A program made the translations under genes and the position numbers. The notes beneath the pieces were generated by a model. That model did no database searches. It was not told where the DNA came from and saw nothing but the letters and a program-made list of their open reading frames with translations. Positions 24,631 through 32,830 of a DNA stretch of 39,784 nt are shown piece after piece; the stretch's first letter is position 1, and each line of letters opens with the position of its first letter. Source of the DNA: Synergistaceae bacterium (GTDB lineage Bacteria > Synergistota > Synergistia > Synergistales > Synergistaceae); contig JAISQC010000109.1 of assembly GCA_031274465.1 (NCBI GenBank), forward strand, positions 1 to 39,784, read 5' to 3'.

Positions 24631-25917
24631 TCATTCCTCCCGTTCGCTGCCTGGGACAAACTCCATATCCGCCCCCAGAGACTCCATCTTTTCCATGAGG
24701 CGCTCATAGCCCCTCCAGACGTGATTGAGCCCGCAAACTGAAGTCTCCCCTTCCGCCGCGAGCCCCATCAGTATCAGCGCCGCACCCGCCCGCAGATCGG
24801 ACGCGCGCACCTCCGCCCCTGTAAGCTTCGGCACCCCTATGACCACTACGGTGTTTCCCTGTATGTCTATCTTGCATCCCATGCGCCTGAACTCCTCGAC
24901 ATGGACATAACGCGAATCGAAAACGCTCTCGTGGATGACGCTGGTCCCATCCGCCATGCACAGAGCGGCCATTATCTGGGGCTGAACGTCCGTGGGGAAG
25001 CCCGGGTACGGCGAGGTCGTGAGGGTCACCCCGCCCCAGTCGCGCCCGGGAGAGGACAGGCACACAGAGTCGGGCGAAGCCTCGACCGCAACTCCGGCCT
25101 CATCGAGCTTCGAGAGGAGCGCCCCCAGGTGCTCGGGGTTTATCCCGTTTACTGTCACTTCCCCCCGCGTCATGAGCCCGGCGAGGAGATAGGTGCTCGC
25201 CTCTATCCTGTCCGGGATTATCCGAACCGTCGCCGACTCCAGCTCTTTCGCCCCCCTGATGACGACCGTGCCGGTGCCGTCTCCCTCGACATACGCGCCC
25301 ATCGCGCGGAGGGCTTGGGCGAGGTTGGATATCTCGGGCTCTCTTGCCGCGTTCTCGATGACCGATTCCCCGGGAGTCAGCGCGGCGGTCATCAACAGGT
25401 TCTCGGTGGCGCCGACCGAGGGAAAATCCAAAGCTATCCTCGTGGCGGAAAGCCCGTCGGTGCGGGCGCGGACTGAGCCCTGCTCCAAGTCGATCGAGGC
25501 GCCCATGCGGGTCAGCCCCTTGAGGTGGAGGTCTATCGGCCTGCTCCCGATGGCGCATCCGCCGGGCAGGGGGAGGACGGCCTCCTTGCACCGCGCCACC
25601 AGCGGCCCCAGCACCAAAGACGACGCCCTCATCTTCCGCACCAGGTTTGCTGGCGTCTCCCATTTCAGCTCCTCCGGGACGTCTATCGTCATCCTGCCGC
25701 CCTCGAACGATATCTGCGCGCCGAGATGCCTGAGAAGGTCCGCCATCGTGTGGATGTCCTGAAGGTCGGGGACCCTCTCCAATATTAGCCTCCTGCCCTG
25801 AAGCAGCAGGGCCGACGCCATCACGGGAAGCGCGGCGTTCTTCGCCCCCTGGGCCGTGATGCTCCCTCTGAGCGGGCGGCCGCCCCGTATTATCATCCTG
25901 TCATCCAATAACGTCAC
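24631..25917 (-). CDS. murA: UDP-N-acetylglucosamine 1-carboxyvinyltransferase
   Basis: IRGGRPLRGSITAQGAKNAALPVMASALL, PGGCAIGSRPIDLHL (catalytic Cys loop), and a C-terminal HVWRGYERLMEKMESLGA. The start is GTG at 25917 or ATG at 25896. Confidence 0.95.
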   Translation of the reverse strand: MTLLDDRMIIRGGRPLRGSITAQGAKNAALPVMASALLLQGRRLILERVPDLQDIHTMADLLRHLGAQISFEGGRMTIDVPEELKWETPANLVRKMRASSLVLGPLVARCKEAVLPLPGGCAIGSRPIDLHLKGLTRMGASIDLEQGSVRARTDGLSATRIALDFPSVGATENLLMTAALTPGESVIENAAREPEISNLAQALRAMGAYVEGDGTGTVVIRGAKELESATVRIIPDRIEASTYLLAGLMTRGEVTVNGINPEHLGALLSKLDEAGVAVEASPDSVCLSSPGRDWGGVTLTTSPYPGFPTDVQPQIMAALCMADGTSVIHESVFDSRYVHVEEFRRMGCKIDIQGNTVVVIGVPKLTGAEVRASDLRAGAALILMGLAAEGETSVCGLNHVWRGYERLMEKMESLGADMEFVPGSEREE

Positions 25918-25960
25918 TCCAGTCGATGCGCAAGCAAAACAATAATATACTATATCAGAA

Positions 25961-27115
25961 TCAGAGCGTTTCCGTCAGAATGTCGGCGATCCGTTCTGAG
26001 GCGCGCCCGTCCCCGAACGGATTTGCGAATTTTCTCTCCTCGATGCGGCGGTATTCGACTTCGTCGGAGATCAGGCGGTCGGTGGCCGCCACTATCCTGC
26101 CCGCTTCCGTCCCGGCCAGGACGGCGGTCCCGAGCTCCGCCGCTTCGGGGCGTTCCGTGACGTCGCGCAGCACGACCACCGGCTTGCCGAGCGCCGACGC
26201 TTCCTCCTGGATGCCGCCGCTGTCGCTCATGATGATTTTGCACTTTTCAAGCGCCCATACGAAATCGGGATAGTCGAGTGGATCGCAGAGGACGATCCGC
26301 CCGTTTCCGCCGAGCATGTTTTGCATCACTTCCCGGACGAGGGGGTTTTTGTGCATGGGCACGAGCGCCCTGTACCCACCGTGCCGTTCCAGTATCTCAA
26401 TCAGCGCGCTGCAGATGCGTTCCATGGGCTTGCCCCACGACTCGCGCCTGTGGGCCGTCATGAGAATGAAAGGACCGCTGGCAAGAGAGGCCGCCTGCGG
26501 CGGCGGAGAGGCGGCCAGCCCCCTTGCCGAAAAGAGGGCGTCTATGACGGTGTTGCCGGTGACGTATATGTTTTTTGCCCCAGGCACGCGCTCCCGCCTC
26601 AGGTTCCTCGCGGCAAGACCGGTGGGCGCGAAAAGCCATTTCGCGAGCCTGTCCGCGAGCGCCCTGTTCATCTCCTCCGGAAATGGCATCGCCATGTCGA
26701 AGCTTCGAAGCCCGGCCTCGACGTGGCCCGTCGGTATATGGCGGTGGAATGCCGCAAGAGAGGCGGCGAACGTGGTGGTGGTGTCTCCGTGAACGAGGAC
26801 CGCGTCCGGCGCGGCTTCGTCGAACAGCTCCCCCACCCCAGTCATTGCCGAGGCCGTTATGTAATCCAGCGTCTGGCCGGTTTTCATTATCCCGAGGTCG
26901 ATGTCGGGCGACAGGGAGAAAAAAGCGAGGGCCTGGCGGAGCATCCCGGCGTGCTGCCCCGTGGACACCACTCGCACTTGAAAAATGCCCCTTCGCCTCA
27001 GCTCTAGGATCACTGGGGCCATTTTTATCGCTTCCGGCCTGGTGCCGATCACGACGTCTATTTTCTTTCGGGCGGGCGGCGCGTGGCTCGCCGTCAATTC
27101 CGACGCCTCGCTCAT
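25961..27115 (-). CDS. wecB: UDP-N-acetylglucosamine 2-epimerase (non-hydrolysing; WecB/MnaA)
   Basis: KIDVVIGTRPEAIKMAPV, VLVHGDTTTTFA, HVEAGLRS, and SDSGGIQEEA. The ATG at 27115 forms an ATGA overlap with the upstream stop. The 663-aa ORF-track entry is an in-frame read-through. Confidence 0.92.
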   Translation of the reverse strand: MSEASELTASHAPPARKKIDVVIGTRPEAIKMAPVILELRRRGIFQVRVVSTGQHAGMLRQALAFFSLSPDIDLGIMKTGQTLDYITASAMTGVGELFDEAAPDAVLVHGDTTTTFAASLAAFHRHIPTGHVEAGLRSFDMAMPFPEEMNRALADRLAKWLFAPTGLAARNLRRERVPGAKNIYVTGNTVIDALFSARGLAASPPPQAASLASGPFILMTAHRRESWGKPMERICSALIEILERHGGYRALVPMHKNPLVREVMQNMLGGNGRIVLCDPLDYPDFVWALEKCKIIMSDSGGIQEEASALGKPVVVLRDVTERPEAAELGTAVLAGTEAGRIVAATDRLISDEVEYRRIEERKFANPFGDGRASERIADILTETL

Positions 27116-27984
27116 TGGCGCCAGGCCAGCAGGTAATAGCCAGCGCTCACTAGCGCGCCGTGGACCGCGATGAGGAGGGCCAGCACCTTCCACTTTTTGA
27201 GCCTCAAGTCGAGCAGCACGTGGTGCGTGTGCTTCCTGTCGGGATAAAACGGCGACCGGCCGGACAGCATCCTCCTGGTCATGGCGGACAGCGTGTCGAT
27301 GACCGGGATGCCGCCGATGAGGACGAGCGCCGCGACCATCGGGATCAGCTTCATGTCGAAAAACCTGGGGAATATGTCCCACGCCAGATGGGCCGAGCAG
27401 ACGTATCCCAGCAGGGTCGAGCCCCCGTCTCCGAGAAACGTGCTCGCATGGGGGAAATTCCACAAAAGGACGCCCGCTATCAGGCCGCAGAAGGGAAGCC
27501 ACGTATACTGGTTGCCGCTCCTCCACGCCAGGTACGACGTCACGAAGGCGAGCGAGAGGGCAAGCCCGTCCATGCCGTCCACGAAATTGTACGCGTTGGT
27601 GCAGCCCGCTATCCACATGAGCAGCAAAAACCTCTGATATATGGGGACCGAGAGGGGGATGACAACCCACGCGGCCGCAAAAAGATGCACGGCGAGGCGT
27701 TTCAGCGGGGGAAGCGGGTGCATGTCGTCCATGTAGCCGACTAGAAAGACCAGCGTGGCCCCGGCTGCCACGTATGGGACCTCCACGCCCGGATTCGGGT
27801 TTATGAGCGCCCACAGAAGGTATCCAGTCCACAGGACGATGCCCGCGCCTCTGGGGGTGATGGCCGGGTGGAGCTTCCTGCCGCCCGGCACGTCCATCAG
27901 CCTGAAGGTGCGGGACAGCTTCATGGACACCGGCGTCGCGATTATGCCCCACATGAAATTCAAGATGGCGGAAAAGATCGCCAT
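27112..27984 (-). CDS. Undecaprenyl-phosphate GlcNAc-1-phosphate transferase family protein (WecA/TagO, MraY-like GT4)
   Basis: Polytopic membrane protein with GYMDDMHPLPPLKR, NAYNFVDGMDGLA, and FLGDGGSTLLGY. An ATG at 27984 is preferred because it lies just after the upp stop. Confidence 0.85.
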   Translation of the reverse strand: MAIFSAILNFMWGIIATPVSMKLSRTFRLMDVPGGRKLHPAITPRGAGIVLWTGYLLWALINPNPGVEVPYVAAGATLVFLVGYMDDMHPLPPLKRLAVHLFAAAWVVIPLSVPIYQRFLLLMWIAGCTNAYNFVDGMDGLALSLAFVTSYLAWRSGNQYTWLPFCGLIAGVLLWNFPHASTFLGDGGSTLLGYVCSAHLAWDIFPRFFDMKLIPMVAALVLIGGIPVIDTLSAMTRRMLSGRSPFYPDRKHTHHVLLDLRLKKWKVLALLIAVHGALVSAGYYLLAWRQ

Positions 27985-27997
27985 TGCCCGCGCGCGC

Positions 27998-29098
27998 CTA
28001 TTTCGTCCCGAAAAGGCGGTCGCCCGCATCACCCAGCCCCGGCACTATGTACCCGTGCTCGTTGAGGCGGCTGTCCAGCGCGGCGGCGAATATATCCACC
28101 TCCGGGTGCTCGGACGCGACTTTCTCCACGCCCTCCGGGGCCGCGATCAGCGACACCAGCGATATCCGCAGCCCGCCGAGGCGCTTTATGTGGGAGATCG
28201 CCGCCGCAGCCGACCCGCCTGTCGCCAGCATCGGGTCCACTACGAAGACGTCCCGCTCCCCGATGTCGTTCGGCAGCTTGCAGTAATAGTCGACGGGCAG
28301 GAGGGTGTCCGGGTCGCGATACAGCCCGATATGTCCGACCTTCGCATTGGGGATTAGGCGCAGTATCCCCTCCACCATACCCAGCCCCGCGCGAAGAACC
28401 GGCACGACCGCCAGTTTCTTGCCGGCAAGGGAAAAGCCCTTTGTGGAGCACACGGGCGTCTGGACGTCTATCTCTTCGAGAGGGAGGTTGCGGAAGATTT
28501 CGTAAACCATCAGGCCCGATATCTCTTGCACCAAATCGCGGAAGTCCTTGACGCTGGTGTTCTTGTCGCGGACGATGCTGAGTTTGTGCTGTATGAGCGG
28601 GTGTTCCAGAACGACGATGCGCCCCCTGCTGCCGGTTTCGGCGTCCGCTCCTCCCGCCCGATCCTCCATATCCGCTACCTTCTGCCTTCGGACCAGATGG
28701 CGGCCCCCTTCGGGGTTCGCTTCGAGCCACGCCTTCGCGATATTCCTGGCGAGAGCGGGCTCGGTGGTCCTTGCGCCGAGGGCGAGGACGTTCGACCCGT
28801 TGTGCTCCCTGCTCACCCGCGCCGTGAATTCGTCCTTGCACAGCGCGGCATAGATGCCGTTTACCTTGTTCGCGGCTATCGACATGCCGATTCCCGTCCC
28901 GCAGATGAGGATGCCGCAGTCGGATTTGCCCGACGTTATTTTCTCGCAGGCCTTCATGCACCAGTCGGGGTAATCGACGGATTTTTCCCCCGAAAAAGTG
29001 CCGACGTCCTCCGCGAAATGCCCCAGCCCCTCGATATAGCCCTTCAAATCTTCTTTCATTGAAAATCCCGCATGGTCTGCCCCGATGGCTATCCTCAT
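27998..29098 (-). CDS. Fusion protein: ribose-5-phosphate isomerase B (N-terminal) and uracil phosphoribosyltransferase (C-terminal)
   Basis: The N-terminal ~145 aa ([18 protein letters not shown]...[17 protein letters not shown]...[13 protein letters not shown]) are RpiB/LacAB. A ~15-aa linker ([15 protein letters not shown]) follows. The rest ([18 protein letters not shown]...[16 protein letters not shown]...[17 protein letters not shown]) is Upp. It is a single open frame with no ATG, GTG or TTG at the junction. The ATG at 29098 has SD GGGAG. Confidence 0.85.
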   Translation of the reverse strand: MRIAIGADHAGFSMKEDLKGYIEGLGHFAEDVGTFSGEKSVDYPDWCMKACEKITSGKSDCGILICGTGIGMSIAANKVNGIYAALCKDEFTARVSREHNGSNVLALGARTTEPALARNIAKAWLEANPEGGRHLVRRQKVADMEDRAGGADAETGSRGRIVVLEHPLIQHKLSIVRDKNTSVKDFRDLVQEISGLMVYEIFRNLPLEEIDVQTPVCSTKGFSLAGKKLAVVPVLRAGLGMVEGILRLIPNAKVGHIGLYRDPDTLLPVDYYCKLPNDIGERDVFVVDPMLATGGSAAAAISHIKRLGGLRISLVSLIAAPEGVEKVASEHPEVDIFAAALDSRLNEHGYIVPGLGDAGDRLFGTK

Positions 29099-29125
29099 CT
29101 GAATCACTCCCAAAATCGCATGTCA

Positions 29126-31075
29126 TTATCTTCTTTTTATGAGCGACGGCCATATCGGAATCCAATCGGAGAACTGGATTGCGTCGATGTCGGAAAACAG
29201 CGTCAGCGTGGCGTCCGATGGGTATCCGAAGGTCGATACGTCGGGGGGCAGCGGCACGCTTAATATCCATTCGGTGAGGTCGTTCAGCGGCACGTTCCTG
29301 ACGGCTCTCGTGTAATAGGCGTTGCCGAGAGTGATCCCCGAAATGCGGCACAGCATCGGAGGCGCCGGCCTCTGCACGGGCCATATGTCGAGCCGCACCC
29401 CCTGCCTCAGCAGGAAACCGAGGAAAAGGGCGAGCTGCCCGTCAGTCCCGGATATTCTGGTATCGAGGACTATGACCCTCGGAATGGGTTCGCCTGAGCG
29501 CGACGATTTGGCTATGTCCTGCATCACGTCCGTTATCGAGCTCGCCTGAATGACAGGTATCCCTTCCGGGGTCTGCCCCGAAACCGGGGAATAAAACCGA
29601 GGGGTTCCCTCGTGGCTTGCCCTGACTTCCGTTATCCTCGACGGGCGCGTCTCGTCGCGCCAGACGACATGCGTCATCGGGGCCTTGTCCTGTATGAAGC
29701 TCTGGAACGTCGAGGCGACCGCGCAGCGCATCATCAGGACCTCGGAGTCGTCCGCCGCCTCGATCCAAGGGTCGTGCAGCGTGACGGCGCCAAATGCCTC
29801 GGCATAGCCAGGGTTTGACCTCCCGCTCCACCACGTCCTGCCTGAGACGCTCGCCACGATGGGGCCGTCCGTCGCCCTCGACAGGCTCCACGCCTCCTTC
29901 ATCCCGTCCGTGACCATCCTGACGTCGGCGGACGCCGATCCTACGGGATAGCGCGAATACAAAGCCCCGCTTTCCGTCAGGACGTACAGCTCGCCCAAAC
30001 CGCCCCATTCGAGATCCCTCGGCAATTCCGCTTCGAACTCGTCCAGCACGGCAAGGGTGTACGAATCCAGCACGAACACCCGCCCGTTCCCCCTGTCCGC
30101 CACGGCCAGAAGCGCGCCCCAGGACGCCACCGCGACCGGCTCGAACAGCTTGCCGGAATCCCCGCCCTCCGGCTTCCACTCGGCGGTTTGCCGCAGACTG
30201 GGCAAGTCGCACAGCCTCACCGCTCCGCCTTTTCTGTCGGCTAGCGCGAAAAACGCCGAATCTATGAAGGCCGCGTCGGCTATGTCGGCGTCGATGGTTC
30301 CTTCGTTTGCCAGCACGGCGTTTTCAGACGATGGGTCGATGGTTATCCTGCCGACCTCCCCGTTTTCCTGAAAGAGCAGCGCCTCGTAAGGAGCGACCTG
30401 CATCAGCGCGGCGGGGCGGGGCGCCGCGACTTCTATGGCGCCCCTCTTCCCGCCGCGGGCGAATATCCATACCTTGTCGCCCAGCGTGTCGCATATCATG
30501 ACATGGCTCTCGGTGGCGTTGATCTTGCCTATCCCCGACATGCCCTTTATCGAAAGCCCGCCGTACAATGGGAGCCCCAGATATTCGTTGATGGTGTGCC
30601 GCGAAAACGACAGAGCCGGAGCGGCGTTCTCCGGGCGGACGGCCCTCTGGACGATCCCCCATTCGGATTTCATCGTGTCCAGGATTATCAGGCCCCTGTG
30701 GTCGCTGCGCCGCACCTCCAGATACTGGGACATGGCGTCGATGGCGTCCGTGTACCTGCCCAGCCGACGGAGGGCGAGGCTCCTCATGAAATAAGCGTCT
30801 ACGAAATAAACGTTGTGCCCCAGGGATTCCTGAAGCTTGTCGAGCGCGTTCCAAAGCATGTTTTTCTGGAAATAGCCGTACGCCTCGAGAAACGCCTCCT
30901 CGGACGCCTCCCTGTCGACGGCAGGCTGCGCCAAATCTGCGGCGCGTCCGACGGCCGGGCTGCCGAACGAGACGGCGGCGGCGATAAAGACGGAGGCAAC
31001 CGTGGCCTTAACTTTTTTCCAAACGCGGCACGTCATCGCAAACAACACCCTAACCCGGGCGACCGAACTCGGCAT
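29126..31075 (-). CDS. Large secreted hypothetical protein (N-terminal TPR-like helices, central NHL/beta-propeller-like repeats, unknown C-terminal domain)
   Basis: Signal-like VKATVASVFIAAAVSFGSPAVGRA. TPR-like YFMRSLALRRLGRYTDAIDAMSQYLEV. Recurrent strand motifs include LAVADRGNGRVFVLDS and FALADRKGGAVRLCDL. An alternative start is ATG 31036. Confidence 0.5.
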   Translation of the reverse strand: MPSSVARVRVLFAMTCRVWKKVKATVASVFIAAAVSFGSPAVGRAADLAQPAVDREASEEAFLEAYGYFQKNMLWNALDKLQESLGHNVYFVDAYFMRSLALRRLGRYTDAIDAMSQYLEVRRSDHRGLIILDTMKSEWGIVQRAVRPENAAPALSFSRHTINEYLGLPLYGGLSIKGMSGIGKINATESHVMICDTLGDKVWIFARGGKRGAIEVAAPRPAALMQVAPYEALLFQENGEVGRITIDPSSENAVLANEGTIDADIADAAFIDSAFFALADRKGGAVRLCDLPSLRQTAEWKPEGGDSGKLFEPVAVASWGALLAVADRGNGRVFVLDSYTLAVLDEFEAELPRDLEWGGLGELYVLTESGALYSRYPVGSASADVRMVTDGMKEAWSLSRATDGPIVASVSGRTWWSGRSNPGYAEAFGAVTLHDPWIEAADDSEVLMMRCAVASTFQSFIQDKAPMTHVVWRDETRPSRITEVRASHEGTPRFYSPVSGQTPEGIPVIQASSITDVMQDIAKSSRSGEPIPRVIVLDTRISGTDGQLALFLGFLLRQGVRLDIWPVQRPAPPMLCRISGITLGNAYYTRAVRNVPLNDLTEWILSVPLPPDVSTFGYPSDATLTLFSDIDAIQFSDWIPIWPSLIKRR

Positions 31076-31093
31076 CCCGCCGCCGCTTTGGCG

Positions 31094-31315
31094 TCAGCGG
31101 CCAGAAATGACATCGATCCCCGCAAACGAATAATATCCAAGCACTATAGCGCCGGCGAGAAGGAAACCCAGCAGCACCCGAAGGTACAGAACCATCATCG
31201 CCGGGGCTTTCCACTTGTCGGCGTACACGTTGACGACCATGCGGGAAACCCCTATGGCCGCGACGAAAGAAAAAAGCGCGATTATCGCCTGCAAATTGAC
31301 GTTGGATATCTTCAT
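31094..31315 (-). CDS. Small two-TM membrane protein (73 aa), hypothetical
   Basis: Two hydrophobic segments: AIIALFSFVAAIGV and VLLGFLLAGAIVLGYY. It lies between two co-directional orphan genes. The SD is weak. Confidence 0.4.
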   Translation of the reverse strand: MKISNVNLQAIIALFSFVAAIGVSRMVVNVYADKWKAPAMMVLYLRVLLGFLLAGAIVLGYYSFAGIDVISGR

Positions 31316-31430
31316 GCAACGGCCATCGCCCTCATCAAGCCAATTTGGAGGCGGCAGTGCGCCCCCGCCTGCGATAGTTTATCATGTTTTTTCAAATAGG
31401 CGCGCGTCAAATTCCAAAAAGCCGCCTTTG

Positions 31431-32606
31431 TCAGTCGCCGACATTGAAGGACGCCACTGACGCCACGGTGTGCTCGCCCAGAACGTCCTTGTTGGTGTAT
31501 CCCCTTATCTCGTATTCGCCCTTCTCTGCCGGAGCGTTGAAGACGTACGCCCCGTCGCTGCCGGCGATGTATTTGTACGCCAGGAACTCCCCCTGCCGCG
31601 CGCCCTTCGCGCATATGCCTAGCACCGCCCCTTCGTCGAGCATGTATTTAGGGACTCCGTTCACGTTGACCGTCATCTCCTCGCCCGGGGCGTAGCTGAG
31701 TTTGACGGGCGCGGCGCTATAGGTTCCAAGCGAATTTCCCTCCACCGTGAACTCCGTTTTCGACACCGTGGTCGCGTCGGTCAAAACCTGACCGTTCGAA
31801 AAACCGCGCAGCTCGTATTTCCCCGGCTCGCGGGGCGCCTGCAGCCCCACTTGCCCGTATGCCGACCTGACATATTCGCACGACAGGTACTTCCCGGGCG
31901 CCGCTCCATCCCGAAACACCCCGACGAGCGCGTTGTCGTCGAGCATCTCCTGAGGCACCCCCGACACGGTGACCACTATCGGCTCCATGGGCGAGTAGGA
32001 TTTCTTCCCGAGCGTCGCGGAATAGGCCCCCGCCGAATCGCCGGACACCGAGAACGGGGCTTTCGCAACCGCCGTCCCCTCGGTGAAGACCGAACCGCTC
32101 GAATAGCCCGCCAACTCGTAAGGCCCGCGGACGAGCGGCGCGCGGAGCTTGAACGATTCATCCCTTTTGTGGATGTACTCCCACGAGGCGAACTTCCCGT
32201 GCGGGGCGCCGGGCGCCCGTATCCCCACAACAGCGCTGTCGCCTATCATCTCCGAAGGAACCCCGGAGACCCGGACCTTCATTATCTCACCGGGGAAAAA
32301 ATCAGTCTTTGGAATGTGGATCGAATAAGCCGCGCCGCTCCCGTCCGGCGAGAGCGCATAGGCCGACACGCCTGGACGGGCCGCTTGGTCGGGCAGCTCC
32401 GGGCGCATTGCCGCGCGCTCCGACGCGAGAGCCCAGAAAAACCACCCCGCTGCGGCGACGGCGAGCGCGAGGGCCACCGCTATGACCGGCAGAAAAACAG
32501 AATTGTCGCTCAAACGGGTCTTCCTGCGCCTTTTGTATCTGATCTTCGCATCCTTGGGCTCGCCGTTGCGGGCGTCTTCGTTGCGGGCAATACGAGTTTC
32601 CGGCAT
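31431..32606 (-). CDS. Membrane-anchored protein with three tandem ~100-aa beta-rich repeats, hypothetical
   Basis: Basic cytoplasmic N-terminus, one TM (VFLPVIAVALALAVAAAGWFFWAL), then three repeats. Each repeat has the pattern Y.P.E...V.VSGVP..M......VG.......G.....EY........L.AP...G.YEL.G. An ATG at 32606 sits 9 nt after GGAGG. Confidence 0.55.
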   Translation of the reverse strand: MPETRIARNEDARNGEPKDAKIRYKRRRKTRLSDNSVFLPVIAVALALAVAAAGWFFWALASERAAMRPELPDQAARPGVSAYALSPDGSGAAYSIHIPKTDFFPGEIMKVRVSGVPSEMIGDSAVVGIRAPGAPHGKFASWEYIHKRDESFKLRAPLVRGPYELAGYSSGSVFTEGTAVAKAPFSVSGDSAGAYSATLGKKSYSPMEPIVVTVSGVPQEMLDDNALVGVFRDGAAPGKYLSCEYVRSAYGQVGLQAPREPGKYELRGFSNGQVLTDATTVSKTEFTVEGNSLGTYSAAPVKLSYAPGEEMTVNVNGVPKYMLDEGAVLGICAKGARQGEFLAYKYIAGSDGAYVFNAPAEKGEYEIRGYTNKDVLGEHTVASVASFNVGD

Positions 32607-32830
32607 TAGGGCCATCCTCCACCTGTCTTGCAATTCTTCGTAAGCTCACCAGATAAATTCTATCAGTAATTTTACCACCGGCGCGGCAAAAATTTTTCAT
32701 CCGCGCGGACCCGGTTTCGAAAAAACGCCGCAGCTCTTTGTGGCATTGGCTTAGGCCATTCTGCCGATGTTCGCGTTTATACGCAGGCCGGCGTAGCGTC
32801 AAAACGAAGAGGCGTGTTAGAATCGTTTTC

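Noticed and set aside
25961-27952. A 663-aa ORF suggesting a WecB fused to an N-terminal extension.
   Set aside because: The extension overlaps the real WecA/TagO gene in another frame and is Arg/Pro/His-rich. WecB starts at the ATGA overlap at 27115.
28029-29384. A 451-aa minus-strand ORF overlapping rpiB-upp in another frame. A similar case is the 455-aa ORF at 32777..34144, antisense to cls.
   Set aside because: The translations are extremely Arg/Gly/Pro-rich with no motifs, whereas the competing frames carry unambiguous RpiB, Upp and Cls motifs. These are off-frame artefacts of high GC content.
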